Position numbers and translations under genes: made by a program
Notes under the pieces: generated by a model
What the model was told of the DNA's origin: nothing
The model's database searches: none
Seen by the model: only the letters and a program-made list of their open reading frames with translations
Shown here: piece by piece, positions 1 through 16,307 of the stretch
How the letters are laid out: every line of letters begins with the position of its first letter
Position numbering within the stretch: the stretch's first letter is position 1
DNA from: Felis catus
Lineage: Eukaryota
DNA: 64,000 nt
Direction: 5' to 3'
NCBI RefSeq assembly: GCF_018350175.1
Contig: NC_058382.1
Location: forward strand, 42,718,001-42,782,000

Positions 1-1739
1 TCAAGACCCCACCTCCTGCCTCACCAGTCACACTTCTTTATCTCTGATCGTCTGTTTTATATACAGTGGGCTAGGAGGGGGTGCTGAGCCCCAGCTGTAA
101 GCACCCAGGATGTCTTTGCTGTAGGCAGAACAGATGGGATGGCCCCAGCTGGCATCCATTTACATGAGGAACAGGGAGCCTCAGCAGTGTGTGTGTGGCG
201 GGGGGGGGGGGGGGGGGGGGTGCCAGAGGGTCCCTTGGACTTCGTTGGTTAGGGAGTAGGAATCCTGACCTCAAAACAGAGGTTGCATTTCAGATCTGCC
301 CCCAGATCATAACCCGAGAGCCACAGCTGGGACAGTAACTAGCCAGGCAGGGACCCTCCAACATCACCCAGACGTGATGATGGTCCGTCCCACCCTCAGT
401 ATGAGCACAGGGGACATGCATTTTGAGCCTCCCTCCCCATAACCTTTTGGTAGAAAATATATTAATACTTGTGTATTTATCCAAAGCAATAGTCTGTAAA
501 TTAACAGGAAGCTAGCTAGCAGTATTTACCTCTGCAGGGAGTGGAGAAGGAGATTGGGGGGGGGGCGGGTATTTTCATTGTATTTAGCAACATTCTAATT
601 TATGTAAAATAGACATATTTGCTTTGTATTAAAAAGCAACATAAATTCGAAGCAAAAAAAAAAACAAAAAACAACGGGGTAAGACTCTATAGGTGATAAG
701 TGGGACCAAGAGCAGTACAAGACAAGTGACAAAAGTGAGGAGCCCAGGGGGAGTGGCCCAGAGGGCAGGAAAGTGTGGGAACCTGCCCTGAAACGTTTCT
801 TCTTCCATGTCTTCTTAGCCCCCTGACTTGAGGGTGCTGACCTCATGAATGTGGAAGTTGCAGCGGTGGAGGTCTGGGACCGGGCCAGAGTCTGCCCATC
901 AGGACTGTCAGGGCGGGCGGGCCCTGGAAACCTGAAGGAAGGGGGGGATGTTCTATCACACTCACTAGTGGACAAATGGGAGAATTCAAACAGGTTGGGC
1001 TGGAGGTCTGGAGGGTCAGATAATAGGATTGAGACGAGGACGGGGACCCTTGGCTCGAGTTATCCACTGAGGAACCTCTTCCTGCATGTCGTTCTACAGA
1101 AGCCCCTCCTCGGGAAGCCCCGCGCGCGTCATCCACCCGCAGTCCGCCTCTCTGAGGGCGGGGCCGGGCTGGGTCAAGGAGACTCTTCACTGAGCTGAGA
1201 CTGAGAGGGACACGCTGGTACCAACTAAAGAAAATAGGCCCCTACTACCAGAGGCCAAACAGGCGCAGGGTCCCATTAATATAGCCTAACTGTCCTGGGG
1301 CAGCTCCACCTTCGGTTGGGTGGACAGCAAAGGCCCGCGGCCAGAGCCTCTCAAGAACTGCATCCATCCTGGCGCGTCCCCCTACTCAGCTGCCCCTCTG
1401 CCCAGCCTCCAGTTGCGCCCACCCTCGTGCTGCGGTTTCGCAAGTGCAATTGGCTAGGGCGGGAACAGGTCTCTGCTCACAAAGTCAGAACGAGCCCCGT
1501 CCCGCCTTCCCACCAGTAGGAACTTGACCACCCGCCCCCCGCTGCCACCGAAAGACCCTAGCTGGGATGAGGAACGCTAGTGCCAACGTCCGTACGCTCT
1601 CTTTCGCCTGCCAAGGAAACACCCCAATAGGCCGCCGCCAGCAGCTGGCCCGGGCAGCAGCGGGTGACAACCGCGCTGCACCCACGCTCCTGAGCCGGGA
1701 TCCGCCTCTGTTTCTGCCGGCACCCGGGAAAGCCCACCC

Positions 1740-2060
1740 ATCCTCTGCACTAACCTGGCGGCCTGGGCCCAGCCCGGATTCCCACGCCCGCCCTGCTCCA
1801 CTGGACTAGGCTGCTTCCGGGTGTGCGCGGAGCGCAGGGGCGGCGCCCCAGCCGGAGCAGCCCTGTCAGCCCGGGCGTCCCGCCCCCCGTGTTCCCTGTG
1901 ACTCCTTCCCTCCCACTGTCCTCAGGCGCCAGTCCACAGCCTCTGGGCAAAGCCCCCTTGGTCCGTTGAGCAGGTAAGACACTGGCGCCCAGGGTTAGAC
2001 GGCGGGAAGAACTGCCCACAGCAAGAGACTTTGGGCACTTGCGGCACTTACGCGCCCAGG
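1740..2060. promoter_or_regulatory. CpG-rich bidirectional promoter TRADD/FBXL8, including FBXL8 non-coding exon 1 (about 1810-1973)
   Basis: CpG-dense region with an ETS motif CTTCCGGGT near 1814-1822 and GC boxes. Plus-strand donor CAG|GTAAGA at 1973/1974. Confidence 0.7.
1755..1826 (-). other. TRADD: TRADD non-coding first exon; positions 1-1754 are intron 1 and the CDS lies outside the window
   Basis: Minus strand reads GCACACCCGGAAGCAGCC...GGCGGGCGTGGGAATCC...GGCCGCCAG|GTTAGT, resembling the remembered human TRADD 5' end. Donor GT at 1754-1753. Synteny places TRADD head-to-head with FBXL8. The TSS is approximate. Confidence 0.75.
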
Positions 2061-2143
2061 GGACCCCAAGGGAGAGCGCTGCCTCGCTTTCTCAGGCAGG
2101 AAACAGATCAACAAAGAGGCACCCCCTGGACACCATAATTTTC

Positions 2144-2159
2144 TAGTGCCGCCTGGAGG
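2144..2159 (-). promoter_or_regulatory. candidate CTCF site
   Basis: Minus strand CCTCCAGGCGGCACTA, a near match to the CCASYAGRKGGCRS consensus. Motif evidence only. Confidence 0.4.
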
Positions 2160-3633
2160 CTTGAGCTCGATGATCTCTGACCTCTCCTACTCCTTGACAC
2201 TCAGAACGGGGTGCCGGTGGGTCCAAGTTCAAGCCTGGCCGAGGGTATCTGAAGCCCTAAGGGTAACGAGGCGCAAATTGCAGCAGGGACAGTTAACCTG
2301 GAGAATATGGGAAAACAGAAAACTAGCAAGTGGTGTGAAACGTGTAGGAAAACCTTCAAGCACTCTAAAATAAATTGTCAACTTCGAAGAGGATGCACAC
2401 TTTCCAACAAAGGCCGCGCTCCGGGATGGGTCTGCGGAATTCCTGCTGAACCTAAATCGCCCAACCTGAGCCTGTACTGCTCCGGGATCAGGATTGAAAC
2501 TTGAACCCAGGGCCCCTCAGGTCTCAAAGCCCGAAGCTTTTCTCCGCCCCTCCGGCCTTTCTCAGGAAGCACCCGGGACTTCTCCCCAGGGAGGGGAGAA
2601 AAGGAAGGAGCCTTCACTCAGAGCCGTTTCAGCAGTGCCCCACCCGCGCCCCCGCTTCCTGATTGGCTGGTGGTCCCTGCCAATTAAAAGTATTCTCCAA
2701 TGCTTTCGCCCTATTAACCCTATCGTCACTCTCTAGTGACTGGCAAGGCTAGGACGTGGTTTCTCAATTGGGACCGGTGGAGTCAACTGGCACTTCTTAA
2801 AATTCAGATTCCTGCGTCCTACTCTTTCCAGAGAGCCTGATTTAGTATGTGGGCAGTAGGATCTGTATCGTGAACAAGTGTGCGGGTGATTCTACTGCCC
2901 CTGCCATCTGAGAAGCCCTCATTTCAAGGGCCCTTGAGGCGAGTCTTGGGCCCAGTCCTTCCCTGGAACTTAGAGTTCAGGGAAGGAAGCAGTTCTGGAA
3001 GATGTCTGGGAGACTAGTCTGGGTAGTCCGGGTGGGGAGTGTGTGTATGGGGAGGCAGTTAGAGGCGAGACGAGCTCTTTGAGCTGGGGAGGGGGTGGGC
3101 AGGGAGGGAAGGACGATTTGTCCCAAGTCATGTACGGTGCAGCCCTCCACCTTCCCCAGGGTAAACCTTAGTAACTAGGAGAAAGACCCGATAGCATTTT
3201 CCAAATCTACATGTTCGGCTTTATCAACTTCGCACATAGGTCGTAGCTGTATTTCTTCTGGTATAGCATAAAATGCAGATTTGTTCAACAAGTGAGGATG
3301 TAGTGTGAAAGAATCTTTAAGCATCCAGGGCCAACCTCATGGTTCTGAGGCCTGTTCAGTGAGAGGCACAGGGTCTCATGCTTAGTTTAACACCTTGGTC
3401 AAATGCTCTGCTGTCACTGTCTTGAGATTATTAATAATATTTTCAGCAAAGAGTCCTGTATTTTCATTTTGCACTGGGTTCTGCAAATTATGTAGCAATT
3501 CCTGGGCCACAAGCATTTCTACACATAGGTTCTGGTGGTCCCCTCAACATTTTGGTTTTCTTGAGCCCAGAGAGCCCTTCTCTCTCCAGGCAAGAACTGC
3601 TGTTAGCACGGAGCTCCCACCCCGCCCACGGTC

Positions 3634-5353
3634 ATGACAGAGCCTGGAGAGCAACTGCCAGAGGAGGTGCTGGCGCTTATCTTTCGCCACCTGCCCCTGC
3701 GGGACCGTGCCACTGCCTCCAGGGTCTGCAGAGCCTGGGCTGCTGCTGCTACCTGCAGCGCGGTGTGGCACGACACGTTCATCAGGTGAGCGGCCCCTCC
3801 CTCTCCCTCCTCCCCGACGCCCTCCTGCCTCCTCCCTTTCTCCATGGAGTTGGGGGTTAGGGATATTAAAAAGCACAATCATTACTAACATTTATTGGCC
3901 ACCTATTATGTACTAACTGGTGTTCTAAGTGCCTTATGTATATTAATTTATTTAATCCCCACGAAAACCTTATGTGGTAGATAGGTAGTATTATTATGTC
4001 CATTGCACAGATAAGAAATTGAGGCAGAGATTTAATCACTTTCTACAGGTCACTCAGGTAAGGAGTAGCTGAGTCAGAACGGGAACCTGACAGTTCAGAA
4101 GCCATGCCACGCCTCTGTAGAGACCTCGGAGAAAGCTCAGTTCCTAAAATATCATTGGCTCTCGCTGCCAGAGTTTCAACTAGTGACAGGCGTATCGCAT
4201 CTTAAGTCTTCTAAAGGGATAGGGTGGGAGGTCCCCCTAGAATCAGCGGCTACTTTGGGGCAACCAGGAATGATCAGGACTGGGAGGTGTACTGTAGGGG
4301 GCAGAGTGGGGACAGTAGGGTGAGGGACAGGCAGAGGCCTCTGGAGGCCAATGCCTTTTCTTCACCGTTCTAACCACAAGTTACGACTGTGAGCGAGAAG
4401 GTACGCTGCTACCATATCTGTCCGCCTGCCTGGACCACGTTCACAATCTACGGCTGGAATTTGAGCCGTCGAGGGAGCCGAGCCGCAGGGCGGCCACTGA
4501 GTTGCTGACGGCACTGGCGGGTCGTACCCCAGGGCTTCGAAGCCTGCTCCTGAATTGCCACGGAGAAAAGCCCCTCTTCGACGCAGGCCGCGACATCCTG
4601 GACGCCGTGCACGCCATCTGTCGGGCCTCCTACGCGCTGCGTCACCTCGACCTTCGGCGCTTGCCTTTCACACTGGACGACGCACTGGTGCTGCAGGCGT
4701 CACGCGGCTGTCCCGAGCTCCGAAGCCTTTTCCTAAACAACTGTACGCTGGTGGGCAGCGTGAGTCCAGACTCCGTGCTAGAGCTACTGAAGGCCTGCCC
4801 GCGTCTGCGCGCCCTTGGGCTGCACCTGGCCAGCCTGTCGGGCACCGCCCTCCAGGTGTTAGCGGCACCAGACCGCGCGCCTTTCGCTCACTTGGCCCTA
4901 CGGTGCGCGTGCCCCGAGGACGTACGCGCGCCCCCCTTGCCCGAGGAAGCCTGGGCCGCAGTGCGCCGCCGCCACCCAAGACTGGCCGTGGAGCTGGAGC
5001 TGGAGCCAGCGCTGCCTGAAGAGAGCGTGACGCGGGTCCTGCAGCCTGCCGTGCCAGTGGCTGCGCTGCGCCTCAGTCTCTCTGGGGACACCGTAGGTCC
5101 GGTGCGCTTTGCTGCGCGCCACTATGCCTCAACCTTGCGCGCGCTCGAGGTGCACGCCGCTGCCTCAGCGGAGTTGGACGCCGCGCTGGAGTTGCTGGCT
5201 GTGCGCTGTACGGACCTGCGCGAAGTACACTGCTTCTGCGTCGTGCGACCTTCCGTGCTGCACGCCTTCCGCGCGCACTGTCCGCGCCTGCGCAGCTACA
5301 CGCTCAAACTAACCCGGGAGCCACATCCCTGGCTGCCCACTCTTGTGGCGTGA
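3634..5353 (+). CDS. FBXL8: F-box/LRR-repeat protein 8, 374 aa, 2 coding exons
   Basis: Exons 3634-3785 and 4381-5353 (1125 nt). F-box LPEEVLALIFRHLPLRDRA; C-terminus TREPHPWLPTLVA*. AATAAA at 5630-5635. Confidence 0.96.
3882..4095 (-). mobile_element. MIR SINE
   Basis: Reverse complement of the MIR core (TTTAATCCCCAC...CATTGCACAGATAAGAAATTGAGGCAGAG). Boundaries approximate. Confidence 0.7.
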
Positions 5354-6208
5354 TGGCGTAGCCGCCTCCCCAGCTGATATGTGGCCACTGAGATGCTGGA
5401 TGCATTTGCCTAGGCGTGCACCTACTACTAGCCCGCTCCTTCAGGACTCTGTTGCCTCGGGACCAGCCCCTGCGTCCTGAGTCCACTGGGTGTATTTCCG
5501 TAGTGGGATCACCCTCCTTCAACCCCACTTCGCTATGGAAGCTACGCTAGCTCCGCGTCCCTGGCATGGGGAGCGGGGCGGTGGGGAGACAGGACACAGG
5601 CTCAGGCGGCGCCTCTGGGGAGAGTGTGAAATAAAAAAATCCTGCAGCAACACTGCGTCCTGTGCAAGGCGGCGCTGGCTCTTAATAGGGAGAGCAGGGA
5701 ACCCGCAGAGGCCAGAGGACCCCACCAGGTAGGCGTAGGAGAGATCATTTGTACTGATAAGCTACGGCTGCGGCTGCGGCGGTCAGGGACCGGGCACTCC
5801 GCATCCTTGGAAAGACAATGTCTCAGAGGTCTTCGGGAGGGTGCCAGCTTCTCCTCTCCGCGCCCCCACCCCTTCACTTCTATCTGCCCTCTCTATCCAG
5901 GCCATGGCCATCACCTTCTAGACTTTTTCAGCCCACACCAGGCCGCGCACGGGCGATTTCTCCCTAAGAACAAAGGGTGGCACTCGAACCCAGGTCTCCG
6001 TCCCCACCGCACCCTCCACTCACATCGGATCCCAGCCTTCCCTTTCTGTCTGCTGTTGCTGCGGCCGCGGCCTGAGCCCCGCCCCGTGGGTTCGCACGTG
6101 GCCCCCGCCTGACCCGGCGCCCGGAGGCGGAGTAGGGAGGGGCGGGCGGCAAACGCAGCACTTTCCGCGGCTTTGACAAGCCCGCGGCGCCCGGGCCCGA
6201 GCGCTTAG

Positions 6209-10941
<4,733 letters not shown>

Positions 10942-11439
10942 AACCCGCTCTGCTTTGAAGCCAGCCCTTCTCAGCTTCCTCGTGCCCCCCTAGAAGAGGC
11001 TGATTGAAGACCCTGTTACTTCTCCATTACTGAACCCTGCACATAAACTGCATTTTTTTTTTCTGTGTTTCTGGTCTCTTTTCTCTACTGACCAGGGAGC
11101 ATAGAACTCATGGGGGGGGGGGGGGGCTTTACATTTACAGAAATTTCCAGCTCCTAAGGCTTTAATAGTGGAACCCCTGGAGAGTGGAGGTTAGCTCCAC
11201 TCCCTGCTTAGCTCCCACCCTCTGGCCTCATTCAGGGCTAGCATGTGGCCACTGCAACCTCCAGAACTCAGGGGCTTTTGGGGTCACATCCAACCTTCTA
11301 ATGCATCTGCTCTGTGATCGTGGGTAAGCTGGTCCCCTTCTCTGAGCCTTATCTGCGACAAGCAGAGAGAATTCAAGAAGATGGATGTAAAGCATCTGGT
11401 AATTGCCAGGCCAAGAGACTGGGCGCTGGATATTTGGGG

Positions 11440-11960
11440 CCGCAGGCCGAACCACCCGCTCGCTGACTCAGCCGATGCACCCTGGGTGGAGAGGGAAAAC
11501 GGACTACGTGTGTGAGCCCAGGCGGTGCTCGGCCTTTGCGGCCTGCTTCCCGGTGTCCTAAGAAGAACGCCCCCCTCTTCTCCACCCCTTCCCAGTTCCC
11601 GGCAGCCCTGGCCGCCCCGCCCCCTCAGCAGCTGCTGCTCCCACCCCCTCCCTGCCTAGCCCGTTCTGCCTCGTCATCTACTGCCCCGCGGAGGCTCAAC
11701 TCTTGAGTGGGGCCGCCCGGAACGCACAGAACCGGGAGCCCTCCCCCACCCCCCTCCCCCCCGGCACCTGGCTGGAGGAGGGAAGAGAAACTGATTGGGC
11801 AGGATCTGCGCCCCCTCATCACCAGCCGCGCTCGAAGGAGGTCTGTGAGCCCCGCCCCTCCGCCGGACTCTAGCTCTGGGACTGGGTGGAGGGGAGGTAA
11901 GGGGAGCCTTGTGATCTCACTTTCGCAAAAGCTCCCGCAGTTTCCCACAACCCTTGCTCC
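11440..11960 (+). promoter_or_regulatory. GC/CpG-rich region, probable NOL3 promoter and 5' non-coding exon(s)
   Basis: CpG enrichment between the HSF4 3' end and the NOL3 coding exons. AP-1/ARE/MARE-like GCTGACTCAGC at 11462-11472. Exon limits not resolved. Confidence 0.5.
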
Positions 11961-12769
11961 CTAGCGTTAAGAGCCTGCGCAGCGAGGTGGGAAGGAGACC
12001 CAGACCCCTCTGGATGCGTGGCACCTGTAACCTCCTGAAGCTCCGGGAAGAATTTGGTCTGTGACCCTTGAAGGACTAGCCACGACAAAACTTTGGTATT
12101 CACTTCTGAGCATTGGGTCGCAGGGGGAGACCCAGACCAGCTAGGGTCTCTGCACCTCAGACTGAGGTGCACAAAGTGCAGGACTTGGCATAATGTGGGG
12201 AGGAGGTTAACATGAAAATAAGTTGGGGAGCAATAAGGGAAAAGGAGGGGCCAGTTCAATCTGTCCCCCCCCCCAATTCTCTGCACTTGTACAGAGTAGG
12301 TCCTGCACCTGTGACTGGGGGGACAGTCTTTGGAGGTCTCTGCCAAAGAGGGCAGAGGGTCCGTGTACACAGTGCAGTGATGTCCGTGCAGTTGTGAGGG
12401 TGTATGCTGTTCACTGGTTCCACAAGAGAAGGAACCAGTCTGCTTTTGGGACATTCTGGCACTGGGGTGGAAAAGGGGACATTTGAGTCACGGAGGATGG
12501 GTCCACAGCATGGAGGTAAGGAAAGGGTATTCCAGGCTTAGGGAATAGCATCTGCATCTGGTTCAGATGTGCCAGGGGCTTGCAGGGTTCTCCCAGCACT
12601 GTGTGGTGGAGGGAAGTGGGAGAAACCCCAGCTGTCCAGAAGGTTAGGAGGTGGCCTAGAGCAGCCAGCCAGATAATCTTGATTCTCTCTGATGGGCAGT
12701 GGGGGGAAACAGGCCATTAGGGCTGATGTTCTGCTTTGCAGGAGATCTTTTTGTAGTTCAAGTTAGAAC

Positions 12770-12920
12770 AAATAAGATCCCAGTTCTGCCACTTGGTCTC
12801 TCTGAACCTGTCTCCTCACCTGTAAAATGGGGACAATAAATCCTGTCCCAGGGGCTTGTCAAAGTCACTATGTGGTGGGAGTGATGGGATGGGACTGAGA
12901 TGTACTTAGAAAGACTGTCA
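12770..12920 (+). mobile_element. MIR SINE fragment
   Basis: CCCAGTTCTGCCACTT...CCTCACCTGTAAAATGGGGACAATA matches the MIR core. Confidence 0.65.
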
Positions 12921-14386
12921 TAGGAGATGAGGTGACCATGGTGGGGTTGAGGAGGATACTAATAGAGACCACTGAGAGGTAGAGGAGTAGCATTTGTCAG
13001 AGATGTGACATGAAGGGAGAGGGAGGGGTGGGGGTAGTTCTGGTCTCTGGTCAGTGGCCTGGGGAAAGGGCTGACACTTCAGTATGGCTAGGAGGGTGAA
13101 ATGGCCAGGGAGGCATAGCTTGACACCAGGTGGTAGTGAGAGAGACCTGGGAGGCAGGATGGGGGCTAGGACCAAAGGCGCTCACCCAGACCTGGAGCCA
13201 GGTAGGGAGGTAGCAGAGTGACCCCAAAAGGAGGATGAGACCCGGGAGGGTGCTGTGTGAACAAAGCCAAGGCTGGTGTAGGTGGGCTGAAGGATGGAGT
13301 AGTTCAGGGCCTGACCTATTTTGCCCCTTAATGCCAGGGGCTTTGCTGCCTGGGTCAGGCCACTCCAAAAGTGATGGACCTTTATCCTTGGTTGTTAATA
13401 AATGGACACAGCAGATTAACTTCTGCCTAAGACCTGCTGCTTGCGAGAGACAGTCTCTCAAAATGGGAGGATCCATGGAGGAAAACAGAAAAGTTCAGCA
13501 AGCATTTGTTGATGGCTTTTATGAGTTGGGTCTGTGGTACCTAAAGATGAAGCATTCCCAGGGAAGATTCCCAGGGAATCAGGGAGACGTTGGGTCTCAG
13601 GTAATGTCAGGAGGTCTTGGTCAGAGCTAGGTCTCAAGAGGATTCAGGCATCCCTGCTCAGGTATTAGGGAGCCAGGAAGCGCCATCAGACCAATGTCAG
13701 GGTTACAACATGGTGGTATTGGTGAGGGACTGCAGGGGTGGAGCCTCCCCCAGAAAGATGGGCCTCAGGATCAGGATAAGGAGCCTAGACTTCCTTCAGT
13801 TGGTGAGGGAAGGCTCTCAGCACTTGTGCTCTGGGTGCAGAGGGGATTCAGCACTCAGCAGAGTCTAAGCTGTACATGAAAGGCTAGACTAAGTAAGAGG
13901 TTAGGATGACAGAGAAATACTCAGCAGATAGACTGAAAAGGACCTGACTGCAAACTGGGTGTTGAGTATCCAGGTCAATTGTAGGTCTTTCTGCTTGTTA
14001 AGGTGGGGAAGCAGGCTGGGAAAAAGAATTTAGTTTGGATAAACGGTCTGAATCAAATGCAGGATCTGCAGGCAGCGGGGACACAGGAGGGACGACCTGA
14101 CTGGGGAGAGTGGTGGAGAGTAAATAAGGGCCCAGGGATAGCATAGAGGAGAGGGGAGCCACAGCTGACGTTTAGGAACCCAAGGAGAAGCCTGAGGAGG
14201 AGAGGGGACAGAAGCAGCCTGAAAGGCAGGAGGTACAAGTCCTGTGCTGAGGAGCTGTCCGGCTGCCTGGGTCAAGGTGAACTTAAATCCCAGCCACGAG
14301 TGTTCACGGAGACCCTGGGAGAGAGGTCAAGGGCAGGGGAGTCCTTGCCCTATTACCTCTCTCCCCTCCCCCATGCAGCCCCCACC

Positions 14387-15241
14387 ATGGGCAATGCGCA
14401 GGAGCGGCCCTCAGAGACGATCGATCGCGAGCGGAAACGCCTAGTGGAGACGCTGCAGGACGACTCCGGGCTGCTGCTGGATGCACTGCTGGCGCGCGGC
14501 GTGCTCACCGGGCCTGAGTATGAGGCGTTGGACGCGCTGCCTGATGCCGAGCGCAGGGTGCGTCGCCTGCTGCTGCTGGTACAAAGCAAGGGCGAGGCCG
14601 CCTGCCAGGAGCTGCTGCACTGCGCCCAGCGTACTACGCGCGCGCCAGACCCGGCCTGGGACTGGCAGCACGTGGGCACTGGTGAGCGCAAGAGGGGCGG
14701 GGCCTGGGCCAGAGCACGGGGCTTGGCGGGAAGGGTAAAGTGTGGAGCTGAGTTGTAGGTGGCCGTGTGCCAAGGATACCGCTGAGGCCTTAAAATGAGA
14801 TACTCAGATACTCCCACCTCCAATCCAGGCTACCGGGAACGCAGCTACGACTCTCCATGCCCTGGCCACTGGACGCCTGAGGCACCTGACTTGAGGACCG
14901 CTTGCCCCGAAACGCCCAGAGCTTCAGACTGCGACGAGGCTGGGGTTTCAGGGGGCTCGGAGGCAGTATCCGGAACCCTCGAGGAACTCGATCCGGAAGT
15001 GGAAGCTGAAGTCTCTGAAGGGGCTGAGCCAGAGTTGGAACCCCAAATAGATCCGGAACCAGAGCCAGCACCTGAACTGGAGCCAGAGCCAGAGCCAGAG
15101 CCCGACTTTGAGGCGGGTGACGAGTCTGAAGGTGTGAGGCTACCCAAACCTGGTGTCGGATTGGCGGGAGGGTCCCCCCCCCCCCCCCGCCCCTGCCCAC
15201 GCGACTACTTCCCCCCCCCCCCATCATTTCTAGATTCCTGA
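14387..15241 (+). CDS. NOL3: Nucleolar protein 3 / ARC (apoptosis repressor with CARD), 201 aa
   Basis: Exons 14387-14681, 14829-15131, 15234-15241 (606 nt). N-terminal [23 protein letters not shown], then a Pro/Glu-rich tail ([10 protein letters not shown]), ending EDS*. AATAAA at 15360-15365. Confidence 0.96.
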
Positions 15242-16249
15242 ATGTCAGCGTGCTGATAGGCTGCTGCTCTCTGCCCAAAGCAGACAGGACCTGGGATCCT
15301 GCTCTGGCATTGGGGAGGATGCCACCAAGTCTCCACCTGACCCAGTACCACTGGAAGTGAATAAACTCCGGTGGGTCACCTTGGGCCCTCTCTGTGACTC
15401 TGACTTTTTGCCCAGGAACTAGGGTGAAGATCCATACCCCTAAGTCTTAGCAACCTGGGAAGCCCTGTGCCCCACTGCCTTGTCCTTAGCCCCTTTTCAT
15501 CCTCAATAGCCCAAGCCACACTCCCCTGGAGCCCTCAGTTCCAGGCCCCCAGTGGGATGACGGCCATACCCTAGGGCCCTGCCCTACAGCCCTTTTCCTC
15601 TCATGAACCAGTTGGGGGGGGTGGGGTGCTGTGTAGTCACCAGTCCCACTTCAGGGAAGCCGTTGGGCCTGGTGCAGAGAGCCAGAGGAAGGGAGATTTC
15701 TCTCCACTTAGGACACGCTAGAGCTCACAGCCCTGGGAAGTGAGATTAGAAGTGAGAGAGGAAGAGGAAGGGATCTTGGGTAGACAGAGCCCACACACTT
15801 CATTGTGATTGTTGTTTTAATTGTCTGGCTTCTCTCTGGACTGGGAGCTCTGTGAGGGTTCTGACGATTAACTGGCACACAGAAGGTGATCTACACGTAT
15901 TCACTGACTAAATGAATAAGGACTTTCCAACTGCATTTCTGAATTTTACAGGTGGGAAAACCAAGGGCAAGGGTCGGGGTGGGAACGGGTCAATGTCACA
16001 CAGTTGAGTGAGGTGAAAATGGAAGCAACAACCACCTCTACACCTCTCCTGGTCCAAGAGGGGCTCGGACTTAGGACGATGGCTAGGGGCCTGCCCCTCA
16101 GGCTTGAGTGTGACTGCTGCCAGGCAATGCCACCCTCTGCCAGAGACCAGCTGTGAGGGTATGGGCAAAGACAGGAATAGCACAGGCCAATGGTGGGGAG
16201 TAGGGGCAGGGCCAGGTGAACTCTTGGGCTTGACTCACAAGTCCTGAAG

Positions 16250-16252
<3 letters not shown>

Positions 16253-16294
<42 letters not shown>
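16253..16294. repeat. (TG)21 microsatellite in the MATCAP1 3' region
   Basis: Directly visible. Confidence 0.95.

Positions 16295-16307
<13 letters not shown>

Noticed and set aside
595-1198. Overlapping ORFs of 115-126 aa in TRADD intron 1
   Set aside because: No recognisable domain or splice context; the low-complexity translations are typical chance ORFs. No TRADD coding sequence was found in positions 1-1754.
3786-4380. Possible U12 intron in FBXL8 (branch-like motif close to the AG)
   Set aside because: The 5' site is GTGAGC, a U2 type, not RTATCCTT. Kept only as an atypical acceptor.
13235-13630. 131-aa plus-strand ORF upstream of NOL3
   Set aside because: No family resemblance and no demonstrable in-frame splice to NOL3.
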